From NCBI RefSeq assembly GCF_009834535.1, contig NC_045698.1:11286001-11350000 (forward strand): a stretch of 64,000 nt of DNA, read 5' to 3'. The DNA comes from Camelus ferus. Lineage: Eukaryota. The notes beneath the pieces are model-generated. The model did no database searches and was not told the DNA's origin. It was given only the letters and a program-made list of their open reading frames with translations. The position numbers and the translations under genes are program-made. Shown here one piece after another: positions 49,869 to 63,421 of this stretch (within the stretch, counting starts at the first letter, position 1; each line of letters begins with the position of its first letter).

Positions 49869-52800
49869 TAAAAAAAATACTTTACTTTGAGAACACTTTT
49901 AGGTTTACAACAAAATTGAAAGGAAGGTACAGAGAAATCCCATATATACCCCCTGATCCCTCCAGATTTATGGCTTCCCCCATTATCAGCATCACTCACC
50001 AAAATGGTACATTTTTTACTAAGGATGAACCTACATTGACACATCATAATCACCCAAAGTCCATAGTTTATTTTAGGATTCACTCTGGGTATGTGCATTC
50101 TGTGTGGGTGGACACATATATAATGACATATATCCATCAGTATAATCTCAGAGTATTTTCACTGCCCTACAAATCCTCTTTGCTCTGTCTGTTCCTCTCC
50201 ACCTCCACATCAACACACATACACTCCTGGACACCACTGGTCTTTTTATTGTCTCCATAGTTTTGCTTTTGTTTATTTTGTTTTGGTTTTTGTCCTATAG
50301 TTAAAATCATAGCAGGTAATCTTTTTAGATTGACTTCTTTCACCTAGTCATATGCATTTAAGTTTACTTCATGTCTTTTCATAGCTTGATAGCTCATTTC
50401 TTTTTTAGTGCTGAATAATATTCCATTGTCTGAGTGTATCATGGTTTATTTATGTATTCACTTACTGAAGGACATCTTGGTTGCTTCCAAGTTTTGGCAA
50501 TTACAGATAAATCAGCCAGAAATGTTCAGGTGCAGATTTTTGTGTAGACAATAAGTTTTCAACTTCTTTGGGTAAATAACCAAGGATCACAATTTTGGGT
50601 TATATGGTAAGAGTAGGTTTATTGTGTAGGAAACTGCCAAATTATCTTCCAGAGAGGCTGTACCACTTTGCATTCCCAGCAGCAGGGCATGAGAGTTCCT
50701 GTTGCTTCCTTCTTTGTCAGCATTTGGTGTTGTCAGTTTACTGGATTTTGACCATTCTAGTAGGGGTATAGTGCTAGCTCTTGTTATTTAAATTTGTGTG
50801 TCCTTGATGATATATGATATGGAGCACCTTTTCATGAACTTTTTAACCACCTGTAGATCTTTTTGGTGAGGTGTTTGTTAAGGTCTTTCTTCTATTTTTA
50901 ATTGGATTGTTTATTTTCTTATTACAGAGTTTTAAGAGTTCTTTGTATATTTGGGATGACAGCACTTTGTCAGATGTTCCTTTTGCAAATGTCTTCTCAT
51001 TACCTTGATATTGCATTTTGCAGAGCAGAAGTTTTAAATTTTAACAGAATCCAGCTTATCAATTGTTTCTTTCTTGGATCATGCCTTTTATGTTGTATCT
51101 AAAGTCACTGCCATAAACAAGGTGATGCAGGTTTTCTTCTGTGCTGTCATCTCAGAGGTCTATAGTTTTGTGTTTACATTTAGGTCTATGATCCATTTAG
51201 ACTTTATTTTTGTGAAGGATGTAATTTCTGTGTAGATTTTTTTTTCATTAAGATGTCTGGTTGTTCCAGCCCTATTTGTTGAGGAGACAATCTTTGCTGC
51301 ATTGTATTACCTTTACTCCTTTGTCAAAGATCAGTTGACTCTATTTACAGGGATCTATTTCTAGGCCATCTATTCTGTTCCATTAATCTATTTGTCTGTC
51401 CTTTCAACAATACCACACTGTCTTGATTACTATAGCTTTAAGTTCAGTCTTGAAGTCAGGTGGCATTATTGTCCCAATTTTGTTCTTCTTCAATATTGTA
51501 TTGGCTGCGCTGGATCTTTTGCCTTTCATATAAACTCTAGAGTCAGTTTGTTGATATCACAAAATAAAACAACTTGCTGGTTTTTTTTTTTTTATTGGAA
51601 TTGCATTGAATCTATAGATCAAGTTGGAGAGAACTGACATCTTGGCAGTATTGAGCCTCTCTATCTGTAAATACAGAATATCTCTCCACTTATTTAGTTC
51701 TCTTTTGATTTCATTTATCAGCATTTTGTAATTTCCCTCACACAGATCATGTCCATTTTTTAGATTGATGCTTAAGTATTTCAATTTGGGGAGATGCTAA
51801 TTTAAATGGCATTGCATTTTTAATGTCAAATTCCACTTGGACATGATTGGTATATATGAATCTTGTATCCTACAACCTTGCTATAGTCACTTATTAATTC
51901 CAGGAGTTTTTTTGTTTATTTTTTCAAACTTTCTACATAGAGGATCACATCATTTGCAAACAAAGACAGTTTTAAATCTTCCTTCCCAATCTGTATATAC
52001 CTTTTTTTTCTTTTTCTTGCATTATTGCATTAGCAAGGACTTCCAATGTGATGTTGAAAATGAGTGGTGAGAGGAAACATCCTTGCTTTATACCTGATCT
52101 TAGTGGGAAAGGTTTAAGTTTCTCACTGTTAAGCATGATAGCTGTAGGTTTTTTTGTGGATAGTCATTATCAAGTTGAGAAAGCTTGCCTCTATTCCTGA
52201 GTTACTGAGAGTTTTTATTATGCATAGGTGTTGGATTTTGTCAGATCCTTTTTCTGCATCTATTAATTTGATTTTTTTTCCCTTTTTAGTCTATGATGGT
52301 TTACATTAATTTATTTTTGAATGCTGAACCAGTCTTGCATACCTGGGATAAATCTCACCTGGTCATGTTGTATACTTCTTTTTAATACACTTTTGGATTT
52401 GACTTGCTAATATTTTGTTGTGTATTTGTTGAGGATTTTGCAACAATATTCATGAGATATAGTGGTCTGTAGTTTTCTTTACTTGTAATGTCTTTGTCTA
52501 GTTTTGCTATTAGGGTAAGTCTGGTTTCACAGAATGAGTCGGAAAGTTTTCCTTCTGCTTCTATCTTTTGAAAGAGATTGTAGAATTGATGTAATTTCTT
52601 CCTAAAATGTATGGTAGAATTCACCAGTGAACTCGTCTGGGCCCAATGCTGTCTTTTTTGGAAGATTATTCATTTTTAATTTGATTTCTTTAGTAGCTAT
52701 TGGCCTATTTTAATTATCTCTTTCTCCTTGTGTGAGTTTTGACAGATTGTTCCTTCAAAGAAAATTGGTCTATTTCATCTAGTATACCAAATTATGGGCA

Positions 52801-53390
52801 TAGAGTTGTTCATTGTATTCTTTTATTATGTTTTTAATTTCCACAAGATCTGTAGTTGTAGTGATGTCCTCTCCTTCATTTCTAATATTACTAATTTGTG
52901 TCCTCTCTCTCTTTTTTTTCTTTTCTCTTTCTTTTTTTTTTTATTTTACTTTATTTTTATTTTCATTTATTTATTTATTTATTTTTTTGGTAGCCTGACT
53001 AGAAGCTTATTGATCTATTCAAAGAATCAACTTTTGGCTTCACTGATTTTCTGTGTTGATTTCCTCTTTTTAATTTCATTGCTTTCTACTCTAATTCTTA
53101 TTATTTCTTTCCTTCTGCTTACTTTGGATTTAATTTGCTTTTCTTTTTCTAGTTTCGTAAGGTGCAAACTTAGATTTTTGATTTTAGTCCTTTCGTCTAT
53201 TCTAATCTATGCATTCAGTGCTATAAATTTCCCTCTAAGCACTGCTGCATTCCACAAATTTTGATAGCTGTGTTTTCATTTGCATTTAGTTCAAAATATT
53301 TTTAAATTTATCTTGAGAGTTCTTCTTTGACCCATGTGTTCTTAGAAGTATGCCATTTAGTCTCCATGTATTTTGTGATTTTCCAGTTAA
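49869..53390 (-). mobile_element. L1MC-type LINE (3'UTR and degraded ORF2)
   Basis: L1MC1/2-like 3'UTR (gatgaacctacattgacacatcataatcacccaaagtccatag). ORFs 51557..51784 and 52382..52624 (KENYRPLYLMNI) are L1 ORF2 remnants. Confidence 0.9.
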
Positions 53391-55467
53391 TTTTTTAACA
53401 TTTTTTATTGATTTATAATCATTTTACAATGTTGTGTCAAATTCCAGTGTAGAGCACAATTTTTCAGTTATACATGAACATATATATATTCATTGTCACA
53501 TTTTTTTCTCTGTGAGCTACCATAAGATCTTGTGTATATTTCCCTGTACTATACAGTATAATCTTGTTTATCTATTCTACAGTTTTGAAATCCCATCTAT
53601 TCCCTTCCCACCCTCCACCCTCTTGGCAACCATACATTTGTATTCTATGTCTATGAGTCTGTTTCTGTTTTGTATTTATGCTTTGTTTGTTTGTTTTTGT
53701 TTATTTATTTATTTTTTTTTTTAGATTCCACATATGAGCAATCTCATATGGTATTTTTCTTTCTCTTTCTGGCTTACTTCACTTAGAATGACATTCTCCA
53801 GGAGCACCCATGTTGCTGCAAATGGCGTTATGTTGTTGGTTTTTCTGGCTGAGTAGTATTCCATTGTATAAATATACCAAATCTTCTTTATCCAGTCACC
53901 TGTTGATGGACATTTAGGCTGTTTCCATGTCTTGGCTACTGTAAATAGTGCTGCTATGAACATTGGGGTGCAGCTGTCTTTTTGAAGTAGGGTTCCTTCT
54001 GGATATATGCCCAGGAGCGGGATTCCTGGGTCATATGGTAAGTCTATTCCTAGTCTTTTGAGGAATCTCCATACTGTTTTCCACAGTAGCTGCACCAAAC
54101 TGCATTCCCACCAGCAGTGAAGGAGGGTTCCCTTTTCTCCACAGCCTCTCCAGCATTTGTCATTTGTGGATTTTTGAATGATGGCCATTCTGACTGATGT
54201 GATGTGATACCTCATTGTAGTTTTGATTTGCATGTCTCTGATAATTAGTGATATTGAGCATTTTTTCATGTGCCTATTGATCATTTGTATGTCTTCCTTG
54301 GAGAATTGCTTGTTTAGGTCTTCTGCCCATTTTTGGATTGGGTTGTTTGTTTCTTTTTTATTGAGTCGTATGAGCTGCTTATATATTCTGGAGATTAAGC
54401 CTTTGTCGGTTTCATCTGCAAAAATTTTCTCCCATTCCGTAGGTTGTCTTTTGTTTTACTTATGGTTTCCTCTGCTGTGCAGAAGCTTGTAAGTTTCATT
54501 AGGTCCCATTTGTTTATTCTTGCTTTTATTTCTATTGCTTGAGTAGACTGTTCTAGGAGAAAATTTTTGAGATGTATGTCAGATAATGTTTTGCCTATAT
54601 TTTCCTTTAGGAGGTTTATTGTATCTTGTCTTATGTTTAACTCTTTGATCCATTTTGAGTTTATTTTTGTGTATGGTGTAAGGGAGTGTTCTAGCTTCAT
54701 TGTTTTACATGCTGCTGTCCAGTTTTTCCCAACACCATTTGCTGAAGAGACTGTCTTTATTCCATTGTATATTCTTACCTCCTTTGTCAAAGATTAGTTG
54801 ACCAAAAGTTTGTGGGTTCATTTCTGGGTTCTCTATTCTGTTCCATTGGTCCATATGTCTGTTTTTGTAGCAATACCATGCTGTCTTGATGACTGTGGCT
54901 CTATAGTGTTGTCTGAAGTCTGGGAGAGTTATTCCTCCAGCCTCTTTCTTTCTCTTCAGTAATGCTTTGGCAATTCTAGGTCTTTGATGGTTCCATATAA
55001 ATTTTATTATGATTTGTTCTAGTTCTGTGAAATATGTCCTGGGTAATTTGATAGAGATTGCATTAAATCTGTAGATTACCTTGGGCAGTGTGACCATTTT
55101 AACAAAATTGATTCTTCCAATCCAAGAGCATGGGATATTTTTCCATTTTTTAAAGTCTTCTTTATGTTCCTTCATCAGTGTTTTATAGTTTTCTGTATAA
55201 TTCTTTCACCTCCTTGGTTAGATTTATTCCCAGATATTTTTTTACTTTGATGCTATTTTAAAGGGAATTGTTTCTTTACTCTTTTTCTGCTGAGTCATTG
55301 TTAGTGTAAAGAAATGCAACTGATGTTTGAACGTTAATCTTGTAACCTGCTACCTTGCTGAATTCTTCGATCAGCTCTAGTAGTTTTTGTGTGGACCTTT
55401 TAGGGTTTTCTATATATAGTAACATGTCGTTGGCATATAGTGACACTTTTACCTCTTCTTTTCCAAT
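53391..55467 (-). mobile_element. Young 5'-truncated L1 (about 2.1 kb; frameshifted ORF2 C-terminal third + 3'UTR)
   Basis: Overlapping ORFs 54705..55175, 54395..54790 and 53721..54284 encode L1 ORF2 ([15 protein letters not shown]-terminal [18 protein letters not shown]) in shifting frames. Confidence 0.96.
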
Positions 55468-55791
55468 GATAATAACATTTAATTAATGTGTTAGAAGCAG
55501 AAAATAATTAGAATATATCCCTGAAATTTTTTGATTTGAGCATAACTTCACCAAAAATATTGCAGATGATTAAGGACTTTTGTTATCTTAAAGACTCACA
55601 GGGAAAAAAAAATCCAGAGTTTCCTGACATGGATTGATTCTAGTTTAAATAATCTGCCATATAAGGCCCTACACATTTGCCAGGCCTCAGTGACAATACC
55701 GCTTGATGTGGAGAGTTGTGTTTGGCAGCGCATTTCTGTTTTCTTTCCAGTTCCTAGGAAAACCTGCTTCTTGTATTCTGTTGTCTTGTAG

Positions 55792-55849
55792 GTTTGATGA
55801 CCACGCTGGTGGTCTAGTTTGATAGTGTATACTTTCAGCCACCCAGCAG
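55792..55849 (+). other. Candidate non-coding exon (unverified)
   Basis: Acceptor ttcttgtattctgttgtcttgTAG at 55791; donor CAG|GTATGA at 55850; 58 bp with stops in all three frames. Confidence 0.3.
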
Positions 55850-56289
55850 GTATGAAAAGTAGAATTCCACTGCAGTTTCATTACGGTTATTCTAAGGATG
55901 CTCATTTAAAGTGATTAAGTGCTGAGCACCTAACCATTCTTGTTTTAAATTCTTTTTGCCTCCATTCCACTGAAAAAGTTACCATGATTTGTTCGTGAAG
56001 TAGATCTTCTGATGCTCAGAGGTATTGCAGACCAGCAGTCAGAACATTTGAATACTAAGAAACTACACTGAAAGTACTTGCTTGGTCTCTTCCATATTGT
56101 ACTGTTTGGATGAGTGAGAGAAGTTGAGTAAAATACAAACAATTGCATAAAAATAGATACAAGACATTGCTCCACAGTACCACTTCTGATGTACACCTGC
56201 CAAGGATACATCACCTGAATATAAGTGTGAGAAAACAGACACACCCAAATGGAGGAATGTTATCGAAAATAATTGACCTGGGCTCTAAA

Positions 56290-56790
56290 ATATGCCAGTG
56301 TCATGTAAGTCAAAGTAACCTGGGGAGGTGTCCTAGATTAAAAGATCCTTGATAGATTCTGGATTCAAAAATATAATAACAAAAGTTTCCCAGCTTTACA
56401 GGGCATTATTGAGACAATGGAGAGAATTTAAATATAGAGTACATATAAATAAGAGTATTGAATCATTGAATTTTCTGTGTGTGACAATTGTATTGATGTG
56501 ATGCAAGATATTTCATAGGAGGTACATGCTGAAGTATTTTAGAGATTCAGAGTGACAAGATCTGCAACTAACTCTCAAGTAATTCAGAAAAAGAGGATGT
56601 GTATGTGTGTGTACACCTATACATACACGCACACATATATACACATTATACTCATTTATTATACATATATGTAAAAGTAAATGAGAGAAAATGTGTAAAT
56701 ATAACAATTGGTGAATCTTGACATATAGGCATTTGTTGTACTATTCTGCCAATTTTTCCATAAGTTTGACATTTTTCAAAATAAGTTGGG
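56290..56790 (+). mobile_element. Old L1MC/ME-type 3'UTR
   Basis: gatccttgatagattctggatt, ggaggtacatgctgaagtattt, acaattggtgaatct, ttgacatttttcaaaataa. Confidence 0.7.
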
Positions 56791-57438
56791 GATAAAATAG
56801 ACAACAAATCTCAAGGGGTCTTTTGTTTGGACATTAGTTAAGGTTCAGATAAACTAAAGTGGAAAATCGTGAAGCTACTAAAATAAATAATCTGTTCTTA
56901 TCTTTCATAATATTTGTATATTTTAGTACTTAGAGGCAAAGGCAGTTGAAGACTAGCTAAATAAATGTCTTCATATATATTTGACCCTTTAAGGGATGCC
57001 TTTAAATAAACAAACAAAATAACAGCCAGGCATCCAGGCATTTTGATAATCACAAGTTTTTGATTTGGAAACATTTCCCAGTTTGAGAGTTATTGCTTTC
57101 AGCTGAAATAATAACGGGCTTTTCCTCTAAGGGAAAGATATGTAATGTTTAAAATAAATATCATCAGTACAGTTCTGCAGTGTTGAGAAAACATAAATGA
57201 CCTTCTTTTTTTTCCCCCTTTAAACATTCAGATCACCCAAACGTCTCATGAATGTGTATTGAGGGAGACAGAATTTCAGTTGACTGAGAAATAATTAAAA
57301 AAAAAAAACTGGTTACAAGAGGGCTTTGCTATCATTTTAAACATCACCAAAGCCCTTTTTATTTGTGGGCTTCACACAAGGATGAGCCCAGACTTTTATT
57401 CAAGCAAGTTGGCTTCACTTTCCTACTGAAATCTGAAT

Positions 57439-57635
57439 TTTTTTTCAAAAGGTACTTTTTAAGTTGAAATATAGTTGATTTGCAGTGTTGTGTTAGTTTC
57501 TGGTGTACAGAATAGTGATTCAGTTATACACACATATATATCTATCTATATTCTTTTCATTTCTTTTTCATTATAGTTTATTACAAGTTATTGAATGTAG
57601 TTCCCTGTGCTGTATAGTAGGACCTTGTTTGTCTA
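57439..57635 (-). mobile_element. Short L1 3' end with TSD
   Basis: ttgaaatatagttgatttgcagtgttgtgttagtttctggtgtacag; TSD tgaaatctgaat (57427-57438) / tgaaatctgcat (57636-57647). Confidence 0.85.
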
Positions 57636-59102
57636 TGAAATCTGCATCTTGACTGTTGAACACAATTTAGAATGGAACTCTAAGCTCAGAGAATACCATT
57701 AGTTACTTTCTAGGAATTGACTTGAACCAGTGTTGTCCTGAACCATGGGATTGTCTTTATGGTTCTCTCAAGGCTGGTTTGAAAAAGATGCACACATTTC
57801 TCTGGGGAACAGTCAAAGGTTTGAAGACATCTTTTTAGTGGGATTTCACACCTTTACTTTTTTTTCTTATGAAAAAGCAAGTTCAGTCTTTGTTTCCTCA
57901 ATCAGACATGATAAACTTTTTAGCAAGAAGATTAAATAATTATTCTGTTGTCACTCTAAATTCTTCCTTTTTTTTTTTTTTTTTTTGCTTTAACTGAAAA
58001 AATAGCCAGAGCAATAGTGAATATCATTATTTGAGTAGCCGTGGTTTTTCTGACATTGTGCTAGACCAATGTCTTACAATTCTGTGATACAAACACCACA
58101 TGAGCCCTGTAGGACACAGGTTATTGTATTCTTATTTTACAAAGAAGGGAAATTTTACAGCTAAGATAGTAGATGGTAGTTGGCCGGATAACAGTCTTGT
58201 TCTTACCACTACAATATAGTGCTTCCTGAAGATGAAGGATATTTATTTTCTTTTATTCCATTATCCACTTAGAAATTGTGACAGCGTATAGAAACAATCA
58301 AATTAATGCAAACCCTTTTAAGGTGGCAATTTTATTTTGTTTTTCTCTACCAGCTGATCAATTAGATCTTTTCTGAGTGTGTTTATCTTTCTAAAGTCTT
58401 AACAAGGATAGACATTTGTTTGTTGATCAAAATCTGTACCTAAAGGAAATATCAGACAATTTGTAGAAAGGATTAATGTGATAGTAGCTTGTCTTGATTG
58501 AGGCCACAGGTCATGGGAGAATTCAGTCGAGTTCTCCAGGAGTCTCATTAGAAAGGAGAACAGCAATGGGAGACGTGTCAAGTGAGACCAACTATTACCC
58601 ATTCACTGACTCAGAAGCGCCCGGCAGGTGAGAAGTTGAGTGCGTATTCAAATTCAGTAGTTACTGAAGCTTGTTTGTTAAACAGACATCACTGGTTCTG
58701 TGCCAGGCATCAGGCTGTGTACTGAGGTCATTCAAGAGTCAGCACAATTGTCTGCAAGTCTACATTTACAATCTCTGTCGAGTTTCTAGGCTTAAAGTAG
58801 GATGTGAGAGATAAACCATAATACCGACACTAAACCTGTCATTTATTAGCAATATGACTATTAATTAGCATTATCTTCCAAGTGTAGTAAGCAAGAGCTC
58901 ATATTATGGATGCCCCAGGACATTTTACTCAAAGACCTCCTTTGGCTCTTTCCTTGAAAACATTCAAGAATCAGGTGGAAGACATTCTGTTAGAAACTTC
59001 CATGTTTTAAAACTTTAAGGTTTGATTGCATTTTCATTGGATGGCTGAGTAAATGACTTAACTTTTCTCCATACTTAAAATGGTGTTATAAAACCACATT
59101 GT

Positions 59103-59408
59103 GCACTAATGTACTCATCTACAAAACAGAAACAGACTCGCATAGTAAACAACCTTATGTTCACCTGGGGAAAGAGGATGGGAAGGGATAAATTTGGGAG
59201 TTTGAGATTTGCGAATGTTGGCCACTATATATAAAAATAGATTTAAAAAACATGTTTCTTCTGAATAGCACAGGGAACTATATTGAATATCTTGTAATAA
59301 TCTTTAATGAAAAATAATATGGAAGTGAATATATGTATGTATATGCATGACTGGGACGTTGTGCTGTACACTAGAAATTGACACATTATGACTGACTGCA
59401 ATTAAAAG
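59103..59408 (+). mobile_element. Young L1 3'UTR fragment with perfect 13-bp TSD
   Basis: Highly similar to 8650-8930; TSD aaaaccacattgt at 59090-59102 and 59409-59421. Confidence 0.93.
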
Positions 59409-59826
59409 AAAACCACATTGTTCCTGATGACGTGATCCATCTCTATGGTGGACCCTTTCAAGCACACGTGTAGGTGGTAAATATTGGGAAACCACTTAAT
59501 AATTTGTTACAAATTCGTAATTTTAAATCGTTAAGTCTGATTTTGCATTTATGCCTAGCTAATTTTTCTCTCTCATTTAATAAGTTCAGCAGTCATCACT
59601 ATCTGAAATGTGTTGGTCAACGATTATGTTTTCTAATATGGCCCATTGTTTTGAACATTAAGTCATTAGCTTTGGCACCAGTGGCATCATCAGCTATCAC
59701 CTGTTCTCAGCTGCTTCCTTTCAAACTGGCTTATTGGAAAGAGTATTATATAATTATAGTATCAGTGCTTATAATAGGTTAATATGAATCTTGCCAGCTA
59801 GACTGACAGTTTCTCCTGCTTCTCTG

Positions 59827-59828
<2 letters not shown>

Positions 59829-59864
<36 letters not shown>
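59829..59864. repeat. (AC)18 microsatellite
   Basis: Directly visible. Confidence 0.97.
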
Positions 59865-59866
<2 letters not shown>

Positions 59867-61689
59867 CCCCTTGGGAGATAAATGCCAAAATCCTAAAACC
59901 AGAATGAGCTTGCTCTGGAACAAGCTGGATGTTTTCACAGTGCAAATAGTTTGTTAAATAAAGGCATTGATGAGTCAAGTGAGAAATATGTTTGAAAGGA
60001 ATAATTTTTACGTATAGTATTTTTTCTTCCTCTGTTAAAGTTTATTCATGGTGCAACTTTCTCTGCAGAAGAATAATATCTGATTTTAATTCTGGAGTAT
60101 TTTACTATTTAAAAAGATCTCATCTTAAATTTCAGATGTATAATTTTGATTTTATGATAGAATATTTATGAGAGTTGTAACCATTGGATAGAAGAGGTTT
60201 GTATAATGCTCATTCACGCACACCTTTGAAGCTCAATATTTTATTTTATAGTAAGGTTAGTTAAACTTTCATTTCATCTTCTGTTTAAAGATTGTGTTTA
60301 TTTTGGATCTTCAAAGAATTGTTTTTCTGTGTGAAATCTACGCTGTTAAACAGAACAGTCTCTTTCTAAATTCCTTTAGGCATGTGATTTTAAGAGACCT
60401 GTGAATATTTAAAGTGATAAAAGAGTTCCAAAGCTATGGAGCTACAGGATCCGTAAATAAGGTCACTCGCAAAATCTACAAATACTTTGCCCAAAATCAT
60501 AACAAACAGATCAAAACATGCAGGGAAAATTAGTCATTTTAGGCCTTACCTTGTTATTTGCATTTCAAGTAAAATTATTTATATTCTCTCTTTTCCCTCT
60601 TTTACTCCCTTCTCCTTTCTTCTCCCTCTGCATTATCTTCGATGCTTCTCTCTCTGTTTACTCCCATGATAATACAAAAATAATGATTCCCCAGTTTACA
60701 AAAGAGAGTGAAGACCTTTTTGGACTCTCAGATCCAGCTGGGCCAATTCTCAGCTCTGTTTTTCAGTTGAACTTTTCAAATATTTTCTTTTTTCCCTTGT
60801 CTTTATTTCCTCACCTCCCATTTTTAAAATCTTTTTTCTGAGTTGTTAGTATTGTTGTGATATTTTTCCCAGGCATATTTTCAGCCCAGATAAAGATACT
60901 TTTAAAGTAAGATTACATTATACACTATTTTTTTTTTGCTAGCCAGATCATTTTTGCTATTATAAAAACTGCAAGTATTGCCTAAGAATGTGCATTATTA
61001 TGCACTTAGCATATTTCTTTCTTCTTAAGAAAAATTTTGTTATGAAATATTTTAACACTTGTAATAGCAGGCTTTCAGAGTACAGATGGAGGCCTTCCTA
61101 CCATTGGATGAATATTGAACAGATATATGTCATGCTTATAATGTCTGTCCTCCAATCTTGATAGACATTTCTTCATAACAGCCTGGAAGGCCATGTTTGG
61201 ATTTAGAATTCTGGGGTTTTTGGTGCCTCATTCATACCCATACCTTATCCTACACCAACAGGAAGCTTGCACATATACACTTAGACATCACAGTCTGCAT
61301 GTCTAGACTCCACCCCCAACCCCCACAAATAGTTGCTCTTGGCTATCCATCAAGCTTAGGGGTACACACAGTGATGGCACAGTCTGCTACTGGGTGTGGT
61401 CCAGGGACTAGATTGACACTGTGCCTAGAACTGGGCCAAGGCCACTTGGGCAGGGCATGCCAGGGTCCTGGATATCTGAGTGTGGGCTAGCACAGGGTGC
61501 AGGCATCACGTGGGCACATTTCCTTGACTGGCTGACTTCTTGTACATATGCACCAGGATTTCATAGAATTTTTCATAACAGCCTTGTTAAAAAAAAATCT
61601 GAAGACAACTCAGTTACGGGTTAACAGGGCATTGGATAACTTATGTTACATAATGGAATACTACAATGCAGTGAAAATATGTCTGTGTA

Positions 61690-62515
61690 TATTATAAATA
61701 TTTTATACAATATTATTTATGGGTGAATTTATATAACCAACTGATTATTACAGAATGTTTTTACTGATTTTATTGTATTTGTAGCCAACCTATCGTTGCA
61801 ATTGATGAATGATTGTAGTATGGCCTGTTGGATCATTTTTTTGCTTATGTTAACAAGCAATACAAAAAGGAAACAAAATGTGTTTCAGAAATTCACCATT
61901 TGTCAGTGACATTAATGACTTCTTTATTGAATCAGATAATAACATTTGAATACTAGAATAATGTTTTCTTAATTTTTGTACTATTCACATTGTCATGATT
62001 TATAGACATGACATGCTTTTTTTAGACATGACACACTTTTAAGTTTAATTTTCATTATTAATATTTTTCTATTATGCTCTTAATAATAGGCAATACACAA
62101 AACAATAAATCAAAGCCTGATCTGTAGCATGGAAAATTTTCCTTGGTATAAATACTCCCACAATTGCCAGTTTTGAGCTACTGATATAAAATTGCTGAAC
62201 ACAGAGTTAGGAAAAGGCATGCTGTGGTCCACATTACATAGTATTTTCATCACACAGATGAAAAGACATAAGTGACCTCGAGAGCATGAGTTTTAGTAAA
62301 ATACAGTAAAATCATTAGGAAGTGATGAATTTTGAGTATTTACATCTTTTGTTATTAATAAAATTGATAATTAATAAAATTGTAAGTTTGTGCAATTTAC
62401 TTTTTAACAATGGTTGTATTAGCAAATAGCTTGCAAAACTAAAAAAAAAAAAAACAACCAAAAATTAACAATCAGCTATTGTGAGCCGGTTCAAACCAGC
62501 TCCAGTACAGTATTG
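61690..62515 (-). mobile_element. MER63/hAT-Blackjack DNA-transposon fossil
   Basis: Right end gtgagccggttcaaaccagctccagtacagtattg and internal ttaggaagtgatgaattttgagtattta and ggtataaatactcccac match the antisense MER63 consensus. Confidence 0.75.
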
Positions 62516-62524
62516 CCCAACACC

Positions 62525-63378
62525 CCTGACTGAATAGTCTATGTGGGTCACTTCTGGGTTTACATTCTATTCTCATGTCCTATTTGTTTATTTCTGCTCT
62601 GATACAACACTGTATTAATTCATTCAGTTTTAAAATTTAACTTGATATCTGGAAGGGCAATCCCCTTTCACAGTTTTCTTCTTCAGGAGTATCTTGATTG
62701 TTCTTATTGAAGGCTATCTTGGCACTTGCCTCTTCTGTGTCTACTTTATAACTGTTTTGTGAATTTCACAAAAATTTGGAATTTTGAATGAAATAGCATT
62801 TAATCTTAGGTCAGTGTGATGAGAACAGACATTTTTATGATATTGAGTTTTTTATGTATTAATATTGTATAGCTCTCCATTGTAGGTCTCTTCATATCTT
62901 AATATAATCTTAAAATGTTTAAAACTTTTTTTTAGATTTATTCTTAAGTACTTATAGTTCAGGTGGCTGGTGTAAAGATTTTTCTGTCTTCCCTTTTTTC
63001 TTTTTAAATCAATTGAGGCATAATTTACATATGATGAAATGCACCATATATGTGAAACCATATGAAAGGACATATATGTACAGTTCGATGAATTTTGACA
63101 AATGTATGCACTCATGTAACCACCTCCACAATCAGGAAGTAAAACATTCCTGTCATCCCAGAAGGTTCCTTGTTGCCCCATTTCAAATCCTCCTTTTTTC
63201 TCAATCAGGAAACCACTGATTCACTGTCTGTCACTATGGATTAGTTTTGCCTGTTCTTGAATTTAATATAAATGGAATCATATGGAATATATATTTTGGA
63301 GATCTGGCTTTTTTTGCTGAGTCTAATGTTCTTTTTCAAACATTAATCAACTTGCTGATGTGTGGAAGTGAAATTAAT

Positions 63379-63421
<43 letters not shown>

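Noticed and set aside
52794..53264. 156-aa hydrophobic, membrane-like ORF
   Set aside because: Antisense reading of T-rich L1 sequence; the same applies to the many Phe/Leu-rich ORFs in the track.
53721..55175. Longest ORFs in the window as a host gene or active retroelement
   Set aside because: Frameshifted, 5'-truncated L1 ORF2 lacking the endonuclease and most of the RT domain.
9846..59980. About a dozen TGA(C/G)TCA AP-1 sites
   Set aside because: Count is not far above chance for a 7-mer in 64 kb, and several lie within repeats.
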